NCBI GenBank assembly: GCA_951406725.2
Contig: OX597830.1
Location: forward strand, 7,316,001-7,380,000
DNA: 64,000 bases
Source: Octopus vulgaris
Taxonomy: Eukaryota
Direction: 5' to 3'
Position 1 is the stretch's first letter; each line of letters begins with the position of its first letter. The notes under the pieces are model-generated. The model saw nothing but the letters and a program-made list of their open reading frames with translations, had not been told where the DNA came from and made no database searches. The translations under genes and the position numbers were made by a program. Shown here piece by piece: positions 1 through 13,964 of this stretch.

Positions 1-316
1 GTGTGTGTGCGTGTGTGTGTATGTATGTGTATGTGTGTGAACATAAATGTATTTCGGTTGTTTTGTTTGTTTGCCTTATAAAAGAAACTCTGAATGACGG
101 ATTTGAGTAAAAAAACAAAGAGGAGAATAGAGGGAGAGAAAGAAAGAGAGGAAAAGCGAGGAAAAGAAAGAAAGAAAGAGATCGGAAGAAAAAGAAGAAG
201 GAAAAACGAGAGCATGGGAGGCGTCGGTGTAGATGAAAACGAAACTCAACAGAAATGAATGAAAGAACGGTTTGTAGATGAAAGAATGAAGAAAGAATTT
301 GAGGAAGACAGTTATA

Positions 317-354
<38 letters not shown>

Positions 355-574
355 TGGTTATGGATGGATAGACAGACAGATAACGACAGAGAGGTGGGAG
401 AGTAAGATTGCATGGATGTGTGTGTGAGAGAGAAAGAGAGAGAAAGAGAGAAAGAAAGGTGGCTAAAAGAATAAGGCACAAATTGACCGCAGAGCTAAAC
501 CTTCATCTTCCTAACCCCTTGCCAACTAATCTCCATATACCTGGGTAACTTCCTGTCCCAAACGATATTTGTTT

Positions 575-780
575 CAGATTTTGGTACGAAACCAGCTATT
601 TCTGATGCTGTGGTGGGTAAGTCGATTAGAATGACACCATTTCTGAACTAGTAGTTATTTTATCGACCCTGAAAGGATAATAGGTAAAGTCGACCTCGGC
701 GGAATTCGAACTCGGAACGTAAAGGCGGACGAAATACCACTGATCATTTTCCCACACGTGCTAACGTTGCTGCCAACTTT
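575..780 (-). mobile_element. tRNA-derived SINE, family A (decayed copy)
   Basis: Reverse complement carries the family A head (GGCAGCAACGTTAGCACG...GAGTTCGAATTCCGCCGAGGTCGACTTT) and central block (CCTTTCAGGGTCGATAAAATAACTAC) shared with more than 10 other copies in the window. Confidence 0.8.
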
Positions 781-839
781 TACGAATTCCTGTCCCAATG
801 AATATTCATTAGGAGAAGAAAATAGTGCCTATCCTATCA

Positions 840-1390
840 GAAGTGGTCAATAGTTTATAATGGAACAATTTCTTCACCATTCACCCTTTTTCCCACTTTG
901 GCCGAGTTTATATCTGGAAACAGTCCAAATGAGTTCTTCAGCTCTGACTGTTTGGCTCCGATCGTAAAACATGGAGGTGTCTCTGCAATATTTAGGCAGC
1001 CATATCGGGTAAGTCCCTTGCTTCTGTAGTTCTTCTACATGGCTGCGAGAATTTTGGCTTTTAACGTACATCCTAGTGTACAAACATCGTTCTTTTCCAG
1101 GACGGTAATTCGCTGATTCGCAAGGCTGATGTCATTCAAAATTAGTATGAATAGCACAGAAGCTAAGTAGACCATTTGTATCAGCCCCTGCAATCATCGG
1201 ATCTCAATATAATCAAATAGTTATGGTGTGTTTTGGAGAAGCAGTTGAAACGGCGTTTCCCTCATCCATCGTCATTGAGTTATGGGACAAAATTCACCTA
1301 AAATCCATTCAGAATTTGCACAGATCACTTCTTTGATGTATTAAAGTTGTGGTTGATGCTAAAAGTTGATCAAACTCCGAATTAAATGAC
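840..1390 (+). pseudogene. Tc1-like (DD34E) transposase relic
   Basis: Manual translation across stops and frameshifts gives GRVYIW...DCLAPIVKHGG, FQDGNS, QSSDLNIIK*LWCVLEKQL, ELWDKI...IQNL. These match the Tc1 motifs VKHGGG, FQDDN and SPDLNxIExLW. Confidence 0.75.
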
Positions 1391-1539
1391 AGAATTTTTA
1401 TTTAATGAGGTTGTTCCTTTATTTCGTGTAACCTCTATAGCTTTGTGCATATATATGTGTGTATGTGTTTCTATCTCTCCCTCTCTCTCTCTCTTCCTCT
1501 ATCTCTCCCTCTGTCTGTCTGTTTCTCTCTCCCTCTCTT

Positions 1540-1571
<32 letters not shown>

Positions 1572-1819
1572 TCTCTTTCTCTCTCTCTATAAATATATAT
1601 ATATATATATATATATGAAGAAAATAATGTGACATTGAGAGCGAAATAGAGAGAAAAAGCGAGAGAGCGCGTTTACCTGAGAGGGTATAACGTGACGAAA
1701 AAACTGAGAATGAAAGCGATAGAGAGAGAGAGAGAGAGTGAGAGAGAGAGAGAGATAGAGTGTGTGTGTGTGTGTGTGTGTGGTGTGAGACAGAGAGAAA
1801 GATAGAGAGAATATAGCAT

Positions 1820-1853
<34 letters not shown>

Positions 1854-2566
1854 CACTCAGTAAATGACTAAGAGAAGCAAGAGAGAAAAAGAGAAGAGAT
1901 GGAGAGAAAACTGGGGTATGTAAAAAGAAGCTTGACAATAAATAGTGAGAGAGAGAGAGAGAGTGACAGAGAGACAGATAAACAAAAGAGAGAGAGAGAG
2001 AGAGAAAGAGTGGGGAGGAAGGAGTAGGGGAAGGGGGTAAAAAACATTGATTCAATGAAAGACAAACATGAATTCAAATGAAGACAATTGTCTGTCAAAC
2101 TGCGCCAAACGCATCAAAACTCGTCTTTATTGCCGCCATTGTTGCTGCTTTTTTCTTGTCAATATTTTTGTTGTTCGATTTATTGTTGTCGCTCCGCGTT
2201 TACATTTTCTTTTCTTTATCATTGTTGTTGCGGTTGTTTCAACATCGTCGTTGTTGTTGTTGATGTTGTTGATGTTGTTTTAAATACTTTTGTTATAGTT
2301 GTTGTTGTTGTTGTTGTTCGTTGTTGCAGTTGGTTTCTTTGTTGAGGTCGACGTCATTGACGTTATTGTCGCTGCTGTTATTGTTACCGTTGTTGATGTC
2401 TTTATTTTTGTGTTTGATGTAGTTGTTGTTGCTGTTGTTGTTGTTGTTGTTGCTGTTGTTGTTCTTCTTCTTCTTCTTCTTCTTCTTCTACTTGCCGTCG
2501 TTGTCGATTCTCGGCCGCCATCATTGGTTTCTGACATTTTTCACCATAAACTCTCCTGATTTACAG

Positions 2567-2629
2567 GTGACAAAGTGCGGAACAATTTGGTGCCAGTGCA
2601 TGTCTTTAGATACCGCAGCTTGTACAGGG
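2567..2629 (+). CDS. Candidate 63-bp internal exon of an unidentified host gene
   Basis: Pyrimidine-rich acceptor (ctctcctgatttacag|G) and donor (GG|gtgagc) flank a unique island between microsatellites. Length is 21 codons, open in phase 0 (VTKCGTIWCQCMSLDTAACTG) and phase 1 (DKVRNNLVPVHVFRYRSLYR). No homology recognised. Confidence 0.3.
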
Positions 2630-4106
2630 GTGAGCGCATGTGTGTATGGGCAAGCAACTTGATACACACACACACACACACACTTATATATATATATATA
2701 TACACAATATATATATATATATATATACATGTATACATGTGTATATGTATGTAGATATCTATCCATATATATACATGTTTATATCTTTGTTCACATCTAT
2801 CTACCTATATATTTATCAATCTATCTGTCTATCTATCTATATATATGTGTGTGTTTGTGTGTGTGTGTGTGTGTCTATATATACATACATATTTACATGT
2901 ATGTATGTGTGTATATATGTTTATATGTATGTATGCATGAATGCATGTGCATGCGTACCTATTTATCTTTTTACCTACCAACCTACTTATACATACATAT
3001 ATACATACAGTGTGGAGACTAAATTTGACAGTTTGCAAAAAGAAGTAAAACTCGATATCACATCCAAAAATTCTAAGTAAAACCCTGTTCATAAGATATT
3101 GGATGAATTGTAGCGTGCATACTCAGAACGCCTGTTCTGTCTCTTCCTACTGGCCAGGACCTTGTAGTATCCGTTGTAGCTGTTCATATCATACATTACA
3201 GCCTTTACGGAATATTGATTATCGCTGGATTGTAAAATCGTTAATGGTGGAACATACTAAAAATTGTGCAGGATCCAGCCCCTCTCCTTCAACGTCACGA
3301 CAGCATGTAGCAGTATGTTGACGCAGGCCACTTTTTCTCATGTATAGCTGCTCAATTTGCTGAAGGTGTAGTGTCACTCTTTTACGATGTTTCAGGGTAT
3401 TCTAACCGCTATAATATTTCCGACAAACTTTGCAGCATAAAATATATGACTTTAGAGCAGCACAATACAATAATTTTGAAAATAGAACCGTCATTGAAAT
3501 GGAATTCGGAACCTTTTAACAAATAGCTCTATATTCCATCGCTCGGTCGCTTAAATTTTCTGACATTTACTTCCAGATATTTTTGTGTAGTTTAGCGTCG
3601 ATATTTTAAAGATTTTACTTTTGTTTTACCTTTGAGTGTTGCATATCTTGCCATGACTTTTTCATCAGTTATATATGCCAATATAGGTAGATCTGACACT
3701 TAGAAAACGAGTGTTATGTCACCGTGAACAGGAAACGCTGACAGATGAGATTTCCAGACTTGATGTCATATAAGAAGTTCGAATTACAAAAAAACAGAGT
3801 TATGGAATGAATTTGCTTACCCATAACGGTGACACATCCATCTGAGGGATACAGAATTTATCGTCCCCGAATCAAATCGAAAATGGAATCAATATGGAAG
3901 TGACAAGAGCTCTTAACGCTAAGATATGTGACAGAACATTTATATTTCTCTCAGACCAACACGTCATAAATTTCGAATCCCACACCACCTTATGTAATCA
4001 AAATAAGAAAAGCAATAACAACAACAACAATAATAATAATATGATATAATAATTAAAAATATTAAATACATAAGAGAAAAAGTTACTTAATCGCATTAAA
4101 TGCGAA

Positions 4107-4169
<63 letters not shown>

Positions 4170-4588
4170 CTCCATCAAAATCATCATCATCATCATCATC
4201 GAAGCAAATAATCACCAAAATTTCTCATGTTTCATAAAAATCTATATCCTGTTGGATAAGTTAATCAATTTTTCTGACCGACATTTCTATTTTCTCTGCA
4301 TCTTTCTATCGTTCTTGTTCTCTTTCTTTACTTGCACTGCTTTGCAAGCCTGTACAAATGTATGCATACGTATATATGTACAGAGGTAGCTACATGTGTA
4401 TATATGTGTGTGTGTGCGTGTGTGTTATAATTTTATATATATATTTTAATCTAAATCTACAAATGCCTGTGTGTACATACGTAACCCTGTATACTATTGT
4501 GTCTCTAATACACACATACCTTCTCTTTCTCCCCACTCAGTCTTCCATTCTGTTTCTCCCACTCATCAACTCATCTCTCCTCCAATTT

Positions 4589-4625
<37 letters not shown>

Positions 4626-5260
4626 CCCTCTCTCTCTATCTACCTACCTCTCCCTCTTTCTCTTGAATTTTGTTATAATGTGTATTTATGAAAATTGTAG
4701 ACTACCGCCATTTCCACCATCATCACCGTTGAATTTATTATTGCACTTCCTATCATCATCACCAGCGTGATCTATACTACCACCACAACCACCACCACCA
4801 CTGCAACCTGCAACAGTTTTTGAACTTCTAAAAATAACAGCCAAATTCCCTTCATATACTCCGCCATCTATAATATGGAATAATACGTTAAATAAATTAG
4901 TCCTAGAGGAGAGGTGGTCATAATCGGAGAATTTTTCGCACTAAGGTCTGCCAGTCAACAACAATAACCACAATGCCACAACTACACAGAAGAGTCTCCT
5001 GATGCTAGAAACAGCAGCCAAAACTTCATATCCTATGCTACTGTCAATTCAGACCTTAACATATGAATAAGTTGTTCCGGAAAAGAACGTGTTTGAAAGT
5101 AAACGTTTGAAATAGTCGGAACAAAATAAAATCGTTATTTGCGAGTTGGTTTAGTGCTAAACTGATGCTGCAACATTAAAAATAATAACAAATAATATAC
5201 AGAGGTTATACACAAGACAGTCGGTAAAAGTTGACTGCAAAATATCCGCACGGTTATAAT

Positions 5261-5970
5261 ATACGATCTGGTATTAAAGGTTCCCGGATTAGTTATGTTT
5301 AATGAAAAAAAAAATAACTTGTTTTCCTAAGTTTTAACATCATCTCTTTCGAAGTAGTCACTTCGCGCAGCAAACCACCAGTTTTAGAGTTCCTGACAAT
5401 TTTGGAATCCGGCCTGCAAGTTGTATTCCATAAACGAGTCGAAAACCTTCTGCGATTAGTTCTGGATCTCGACAACGGTGTTAAAACGGTGACCTTTGAG
5501 CTGAATTTTCATCGTGGGGAAGAGATGGAAGACTGCAGGTATTAAATCTGGCGAATAGGGCTGGTGTGGAAGTGGTACCATGTTGTTTCGAGCGAGAAAC
5601 TCACGAGTGAGAAGAGCTCAGTAACAGGGCCCATTGTCGTTGTGAAGAATATTCGCACTCTACAGATCCGGTCGCTTTAGCCGAATGTGCACTCTCAAAC
5701 GCTTCAAAACATCGCAGCAAAGTTTAATGCAAAATTTCACGTTGGTTCTTTATTCCAACTTTCTGTCCATAACAAAATCGCAGACTTACAGCATACACCT
5801 GATTACAAAAACACAAATTTCACGAGTTGCAAAGTAAACATAGCAATGTCACTCTGGACACTAACTCACAAAGGTCACTGCAAGCTCTCAATGCGCACGC
5901 AAATGTAAGCTGCCATCTGTTGGCGCGCAACAGAACTAGTCCTGGAACGACGTTTTGTTACCACTTCGTG
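5261..5970 (-). mobile_element. Internally deleted mariner-like element with transposase C-terminal relic
   Basis: Imperfect terminal inverted repeats (TACGATCTGGTATTAAAGGTTCCCGGATTAGT at left; ACTAGTCCTGGAAC...TTTTGTTACCACTTCGT at right). The minus strand encodes HQPYSPDLIPAVFHLFPTMKIQLKGHRFNTVVEIQ, containing the mariner YSPDL motif. Confidence 0.8.
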
Positions 5971-6746
5971 CGTTATATGGTTCATTAGAGGAGGTTGTTA
6001 TTGTGTCGCCTGCTGTCAGTTGTGATCCCAGAAGTCCCATGATACACAGGGCAGCAATTAGTCGAAACAGACAGGACTCCCAGATACCACCCTCTCGCTA
6101 ACAGCGATAGACAGAATACTGTATGGTGTACAGTATGATGCTAAGGTTGCTGAAGACATTAGTGTATGCGCTTGCTCTTTTTGCTCCGAGTTCAAATCAC
6201 GCCAAATTCAACTTTGCATTACGATTTCCCTCAGGATCGATAGAGGACTGATTGAACTGTAAAGGCATTCGGAGAGGATACCTTATGGTCTATATCCTGG
6301 ATCTTTTCCTTTTGAGTTCAAATCACGCTTTAGCCTATACGAGTGATCTACTTGGCTTCTCGTTCAGTTTAACACCACCGCAAAGCATTCTTGGCACATT
6401 TGACTGACCTTCTCTATAGCAAACATTCAGGACAGGGTTCCGGGTTGAGAATATCTCCCACCTCCCCCTACAAGTCTCGGAGACCTTGTAACTGGTTGTG
6501 GACAATGTAATTTTTCTTGCCAAATGTATGTTAAAGATACAATCATTTGGACAAACATTGGTCTTCATAGCAACACCACAACCATCGTCATCATCTCCAC
6601 ACTTAGCTTCTGATCTCTTCCACCATGGTTTCCAGGTTTTGACTTCCAACAGTTTAGTAGAAATATTAATGACATCGATTTGGCTGTTCTTGGATGATCC
6701 TCAAAGGCTGTGAACTCCGCTGCATCTATAAGAATTAGTATATAAA

Positions 6747-6964
6747 TAATCCTTTCTATTACAGTATGAAGGCCTGAAATTTTGAGGGAAGGGGTAAGTC
6801 TATTAGATTGGCCCAAGTGTTCAACTGATTTCCACGTTACCCACTTGAAAGGAGGAAATGCAAAGTCGACTGCGGCGGAATTTGAACTCAGAACGTAGCG
6901 GCAGAGGAAATACTGCTAAGCATTTTGCCCGGCGTGCTAGCGATTCTGCTGGTTTGCCGCCTTA
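6747..6964 (-). mobile_element. tRNA-derived SINE, family A
   Basis: Reverse complement starts AAGGCGGCAAACCAGCAGAATCGCTAGCACGCCGGGC, has the B-box GAGTTCAAATTCC and ends AAAATTTCAGGCCTT...AGAAAGGATTA. Confidence 0.85.
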
Positions 6965-7345
6965 GGTTGGATATAAATAATAAAATAAAGAAATGCAAGA
7001 TAACAGCAACAGTTGTACTCTCACAGAGCTAACATTGACTGCTCCAACAGTGACCACCACAAAAGAATGAAGAGACATAGAAATATACCTGACAGTAGAA
7101 GAGCGAGGGTACAATCTATATAGACGGTTACACATCACTCCATATGATACATCGATGCATGTCGCGATGTTGTCTATCATTCTTCGGCAAGTGAAAGTTA
7201 TACACTATCTGGGAAAAAGAGTCTTCTCTGGTGTCGACGAGTTGGTCACCTGAATAAGTGCATTCATGGGCGTTCTAAGATCAGATTTGACAGACGATTA
7301 AATAAGAAAATTCAATTTGAGCAGAAAAACGCGCACGCACACCCC

Positions 7346-7393
<48 letters not shown>

Positions 7394-7398
<5 letters not shown>

Positions 7399-7562
7399 CT
7401 GCGTTTGGGGAGAGTCATTCTGTTTCAATGTTTTAGTGAAGAGGTTGCAGGAAGCAATGAAAGTTTTAGAAAAAATAAATAAATGTGTGGAAATCAAACC
7501 GGTGAGTGTGTTAATTAATACGGTATTACAACAGAATGACTCTCCTCAGACACAATAAAATA
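7394..7562. repeat. Short element bounded by ~30-bp imperfect inverted repeats, in (TA)n
   Basis: TATTACTGCGTTTGGGGAGAGTCATTCTGTT (7394-7424) is the reverse complement, with few mismatches, of AACAGAATGACTCTCCTCAGACACAATAAAATA (7530-7562). Confidence 0.6.
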
Positions 7563-7619
7563 TGCCTCAACACACGAATTCACGTAAAGAATCTTGCAAA
7601 AATGAAATATATATATGAA

Positions 7620-7653
<34 letters not shown>

Positions 7654-8137
7654 TGTATGTATATATCTATGTATATAGACTTATGATTGTACATTTGGAG
7701 TGGTTATTTGTATATGGAATGCATATATTAGTGAATAATAGATTGAAATGTAAAGTGCTCCACAACCGAAGGTAGGACACAGATGTTTCAATGGCATTGA
7801 TATCTACTTGGTTCCGAATTTTGTACTTAAATTTCCATTAATTTCTCTCTCTATCACTCTCACTTCACAATCTCTCTCTCTTTCTCTCTCGCGCACTTTC
7901 CATCCCCACCTCTCTCTCTTTCTCTCACCATGTCTCTGCGTCCATGTATAAATGCGTGTGCTTGTGTTATCTCTTTTCTTAAATTTAATTCAAACAATTG
8001 AAATTTTGCGAAATTCCATATTTAATCATTCACCAATTCACTTCCTGGGCAGCAGAGTTTCATTATAGCATCATGTCTTTAGATTCTGCACTCACACGAA
8101 CTTTCACACATACACACTTACACGCATGTATAAATAA

Positions 8138-8207
<70 letters not shown>

Positions 8208-8401
8208 GTATATATGTATGTATGTACGTATATATATATATATATATACGTATATATATATATACATATATATGTATATATTTATGTATGTATGCATGTA
8301 TATATGTATACACAGTTACACACATACACACGTATATATGTATGCATACAGAATTATATAATTTTATTTCATTTAAAAAGCAAAAGTAATTTATTTACAT
8401 G

Positions 8402-8453
<52 letters not shown>

Positions 8454-8844
8454 ACGTATAATATAAATATACATACATACACACATACATATATATATAA
8501 TATATAATGTATGTATGTGTGTATATCAAGAGTGGTAGAGAGAACAAACTATAAAACATGCTGAGGCACAAGGAGAATTAAGGACACACACCTACATACA
8601 CACGCACGCATTCACATACACACACACACACACGTTACATTAGACAAAGACTCCGAAGAAAACCCAAAGTTTAATAAAGAACTCGGCACAATTAAGGAAA
8701 AATTCAGAAATTGATTTTGGTTTTCGAAAAGTCGAAAGTTAATCACAGAAGCAAGAATTGATAAAAACCTATAGAATTTTTGACATCTTAATCAGTGACC
8801 AATCAGGCGATTATTATTATTATTATTATATTTATTATTATTAT

Positions 8845-8876
<32 letters not shown>

Positions 8877-8882
8877 CTGTTG

Positions 8883-8943
<61 letters not shown>

Positions 8944-9391
8944 TACTGTTGTTGTTATTGCTATTGAGATAAACAATTATGTAGAGGCTGTTATAAAAAT
9001 GAATTTACCCGGTGCCTAATCAAAGACAGGAAGTTGAACAATCAAAGAATTCACTGCCATAGACAGCGATGTGTATACACGAGCTTGTAGATACATAGGA
9101 TGGATGCATATATACGCAAAGGAACGCGCACGTCTATGTGTATGCATATACATATCAATGCGCATCTGTGAATACATACGTACGCACGTATGTCTCTTCT
9201 TTGTGTTCATGTATGTACGTATGTTGGTAATATCAATCCATCTACCAACCAAAGCCTCTGACTGTCTATCGGTCTCATTCGTTCTGCCCACCACGACCAC
9301 CACCTATCAAACTCTCTTTCACTGTATATGTATATATATATATATGTGAATATAGGCGTATCTATAGAAAGAAAGAGACACACACACAGAT

Positions 9392-9452
<61 letters not shown>

Positions 9453-9463
9453 GACAGACAGAC

Positions 9464-9501
<38 letters not shown>

Positions 9502-9622
9502 GGAAAGACAGACATATAAAGATGTCGGCATAGAAATACATAGATACATATATTCATACTTTTCTATCTATCTATCTATATGTATATATACATACATACA
9601 TACATACATAATACATACATTA

Positions 9623-9676
<54 letters not shown>

Positions 9677-10075
9677 GTATATATATATATACGTATATAT
9701 ATACACACACTCATAGAACTATGTATACAGACGTGCACACTTGTGTGTATATATATAAGCACGAAATACTCACATACGAATATATATGCACAAACACACA
9801 TGCATGCACATACATACACGTACACACATACGCACACACATACACACACACACACCGCACATACGCATACGCTCACGCACTGTCACACGCGCAGACGCGC
9901 GCGCAGTCATGTACACGCACATACGCTTGTATATACATACATATACAGGTGTGTGTTTGTGCGTGTGTGTGTGTGTGCTTGTGCATACATACATACATAT
10001 ATATATATATATATGCATATATATATTCATATGTTACATTTATACTTTCATATATACATATACACACACATACAT

Positions 10076-10142
<67 letters not shown>

Positions 10143-10647
10143 TTACACATACTCATATATATCTGGCGCGAATATACACTTCACCATCATCTACTTTCTT
10201 CTTCTTCTTCTTCTTCTTCTTCTTCTTCTTCTTCTTCTTCTTCTTCTCTTTGTTATTATTATTATTATTATTATTATGATTTTCATTATCGTTATTATTA
10301 TTATTAGTAGTAGTAGTACTATTATTATTTTCGAGGTCAGTCCACCAAACAAATCGTAGCTTGTATGTATTTGTCACAGCAAACGTTTCCAGTGCGTCTC
10401 GATCGGAACATTTTCTCGATTCTGTTGTGTGTGTGTGTTTTAGGCTTAGGGCTCGCAGCCATCTCTTTCAGCAACAATGGCGATATTAACTTAGATAACA
10501 TTTCGTCAGCGGTTTAATCAAACAGGCTTTTGTCCCGCTAATATCGGCCATTGTAACTTCGCGATAATTTGTTCTTTAAAACGGATATTAAAACTCCAAG
10601 GTATTCATAAATTGATCATCAAGAACAACAACGACAAGAAGCATAGC

Positions 10648-10702
<55 letters not shown>

Positions 10703-10937
10703 ATTTAACAATGGCGGTATTGGAATAAGAAATGAATGACAACTTAACAGAAAACCGAGAGAAGAATATTGTGTTTCATAAAAGAAATAGGATGATGGCT
10801 GATGTGGTGGGGTTATAGGGTCTAGGGGTTTGAAAGGGACAGTGAGAGAACGCTAGAGAGAGTGATAGGGGGGAGGAAGAGAGATACTGGTGCGCCCAAA
10901 GAATGAGAGAGTAGAAGGTAGTGCACGCATGCATATG

Positions 10938-10969
<32 letters not shown>

Positions 10970-10986
10970 TTCATATACATATATAG

Positions 10987-11025
<39 letters not shown>

Positions 11026-11200
11026 TATACATATGCGCACATATGTATGAGTATGTTAATGCGCATGTGTACATGAATGCGTTTGCCAGAGAGTGCGTAT
11101 AAATGTGTGTTCGCGCGCGCGTGTGTGTGTATGACGATACATTTTTCAGCGTTTGCGATGTAAACTGAGGAATGATGGAAACACGAGAGACGTGAATGAA

Positions 11201-11238
<38 letters not shown>

Positions 11239-12128
11239 TGAGAGATAAAGAGAGCAAGAGCGTGATACGAATATATTGTGCTCATGTCTGTATTTATGCA
11301 TTTGTGTGTGTGTGTGTGTGTGCGTGTGTGTGCGCGTGTGTGTGTGTATGTGTGTGTTTTGACCGAGGCGGACTAGCATGTAGGAATATCCTACAGAAAT
11401 AATGCACGTTTAGTTAAAACGAGTAAGAACTTGAAAGTGGAATGCTGGAATATAGAAAAAACGAACGGGACTCCTTCTATTCTCACACTATATTCTATTA
11501 TATATGTTGAAAGGCGCAACCTTACCCATGAGCTCGGACCATTCCCCCAGGCCCCTCAAATTTCTAGAATGGATGAGTATCTTAACTGAGAAGCGTAATG
11601 ACGCAGAAACGCACGCGTTCTAAAGTGCGTTGGCCTTATTCATGGCCTGGTGTTATATTTACATCCAGATTATTTATAAAGAGTATGTTTTCTCTCGAGA
11701 CAATTTTTACAGTGTATTGTCTTTCCATGTTCGAATGTACATGAACATGTTAAAGATGACAGTACGAAACTATATATGGAATATTTAATACTATAGCTTG
11801 GACATTTTGTTATCTCCTAGAAATAGCCAACAAGTCTAGTTTCCATGAATTCGCATATTTCACTCCGGCAAAAAACAAGGCCGTATTTTTGGATTTACTA
11901 CAAGTTGTAAAAATGGATGGCATTGTCAAGAATGGAACGCTTTTGAACTGATGCGTTTTGGGTCAGAGCCAACGGAAGCTTAAATAAAAATCCGCTCGAG
12001 AAAATGGCAAGGTGCGCGGTGTTGTTGAGTGTCAAATGTCTGCCAGAAACAGTGAGTGATATTGAATCCCTTTTCCTGCTATTTTAACAAGGGATCTATT
12101 TTAAAGGTTGTTATTTTTCCTGTTTCAG

Positions 12129-12365
12129 TCGACGAGCTGGCAGAAACGTTAGAACGCCGGGCGAAATGCTTAGCCGTATTTCGTCTGCCGTTACGTTGAG
12201 AGTTCAAATTCCGCCGAGGTCGACTTTGCCTTTCATCCTTTCGGGGTCGATTAAATAAGTACCATTTACGCACTGGGGTCGATATAATCGACTTAATCCG
12301 TTTGTCTGTCTTTGTTTGTCCTCTCTGTGTTTTGCCCCTTGTGGGGAGTAAAGAAATAGGTATTT
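12129..12365 (+). mobile_element. tRNA-derived SINE, family A, alternative-tail subfamily (followed by a partial copy to ~12520)
   Basis: Family A head and central block, then the tail TTAATCCGTTTGTCTGTCTTTGTTTGTCCTCTCTGTGTT...AAAGAAATAGGTATTT, which recurs inverted at 38615-38690. Confidence 0.85.
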
Positions 12366-12793
12366 CGTCCGTATTTACTTTCCGCCCGCGTTGACTCTGC
12401 CTTTCATCCTTTCGGTGTTGATTAATACAGTACCAGTTAAACATAGGACTCTATGTAATTGACTAATTCCCTCACAACAAATTTCAGTCCTTGTGCCTTT
12501 AGTAAAAAAGATCATTCTTCCTGTTCGATGTATCGTTGGGCCCTTGATATGGACCGAGTGCTTGCAAATGAGGAAATTCGATTAAGATGTGCAAGGTGGA
12601 ATGGAGGATATGGTGTTAAATCGAGCGACCGACACAGTCTACCAACGAAATAATCTTGAAGACAGTCTACCAATGAAATAATCTTCAAGACACCCTTAAC
12701 AGGAGCCTTAAACGTCCTTAATGAAAGGCTATGTGATTTTCTAAATACAGTTATTGTGCTGAGTTAAATGTTTTGCAATATTTTAGTAACTTA

Positions 12794-12987
12794 AAGCGGC
12801 AAACTGGCAGAAACGTTAGCAGGCCGGGCGAAATGCTTAGCGGTATTTCGTGTCGTTACGTTCTGCGTTCAAATTCCGTCGAGGTCGACTTTGCCTTTCA
12901 TCATTTCGGGGTTGATAAATTAAGTAGCAGTTGCGTATTGGGGTCCATGTAATCGACTGGCCCCCTCCCCCAAAATTTCAGGCTCTG
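12794..12987 (+). mobile_element. tRNA-derived SINE, family A, with 20-bp target-site duplication
   Basis: Full head and central block, flanked by the exact direct repeat TGCAATATTTTAGTAACTTA at 12774-12793 and 12988-13007. Confidence 0.9.
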
Positions 12988-13537
12988 TGCAATATTTTAG
13001 TAACTTATATTTGTTTCATTCGTTAAGTTACAACGAAATCATACACACATTCCAAGCGCGCGCAGGATTATACAAATAAAGATAAAATGAGTGAGAGGCA
13101 CGGAGAGAAAATACAGAAAATATGACATACATATAATAAATATAACTCAACTTTTATCAAATTCCCGAGTGTTTAAATAGCATTCAAAGTAGAGGCCGTC
13201 GGATTACCTGATCCGATCCATGGCTCACTACCCGCTCTCGCGACGTTTCATCAATGAAGAAGAGACGGAAGCTTCAATGAAAGAGTACTTGAAGAACAAG
13301 AAATGGTTATCAGCGTGGAATCAAAGAAAGGGTAGAAAGGTGGCACAGGCGACGCATCACGATTAACATCACTTTGAACGCTAGGGTGCTTTTGTTGTTA
13401 CCAAAATATGGCAAAACTTTTGACTCAACACAATAATATAAAATATTATATTCTACTCTAGACACAAGGCCCGAAATTTTTGGAGAGGGTTCCAGGCGAT
13501 TAGATCGACCCCTATATAATCAAAATAAGCAACAGGA

Positions 13538-13815
13538 TATCAAGACGTGATGCACTACGGCCGTTTCAAGCGGCTCCATTTAATTGAACAATGCAATCAT
13601 TACATCAATTTAAATGCAGGGCTATCATCAGCTGCATAAATAAATAAATATATATATATATATAAATAGAGGGATTATTATCAAAATATGCAAAAGACGT
13701 GATGCAGTACGACCATTTCAAGCGGCTCCAAATTAATTCAACAATGCAATCATTACATCAATTTAAATGCAGTGCTATCTCAGCTGCATAAATAAATAAA
13801 CAAATAAATAAATAG
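13538..13815. repeat. Tandem duplication of a ~110-bp unit (period ~155 bp)
   Basis: AAGACGTGATGCA...TTTCAAGCGGCTCCA...CAATGCAATCATTACATCAATTTAAATGCAG...CAGCTGCATAAATAAATAAA occurs at ~13542 and ~13695. Confidence 0.8.
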
Positions 13816-13964
13816 AGATTTGCTATCGTTACTTACCGTGACAAAAGAAAAAAGCAAGCAGAGCAGCAATAGAAATTTAAATTTAAAGTAAAGAAATGAT
13901 GAAAATTACGTTTATGTATTTGTTCTGCAAGGTCTCTTATGTTAAATCGTGTGTTGAATCGAAT

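Noticed and set aside
6360-6730. Possible RTE 5' UTR with an HDV-like ribozyme on the minus strand
   Set aside because: Only a GCCAA-ATCGAT end and a weak P4-like hairpin are visible; P1 and P3 cannot be assigned.
12633-12690. 28-bp tandem duplication; also a 37-bp duplication at ~49724/49816 and a 30-bp palindrome at ~43101
   Set aside because: These are ordinary local slippage or duplication events with no further structure.
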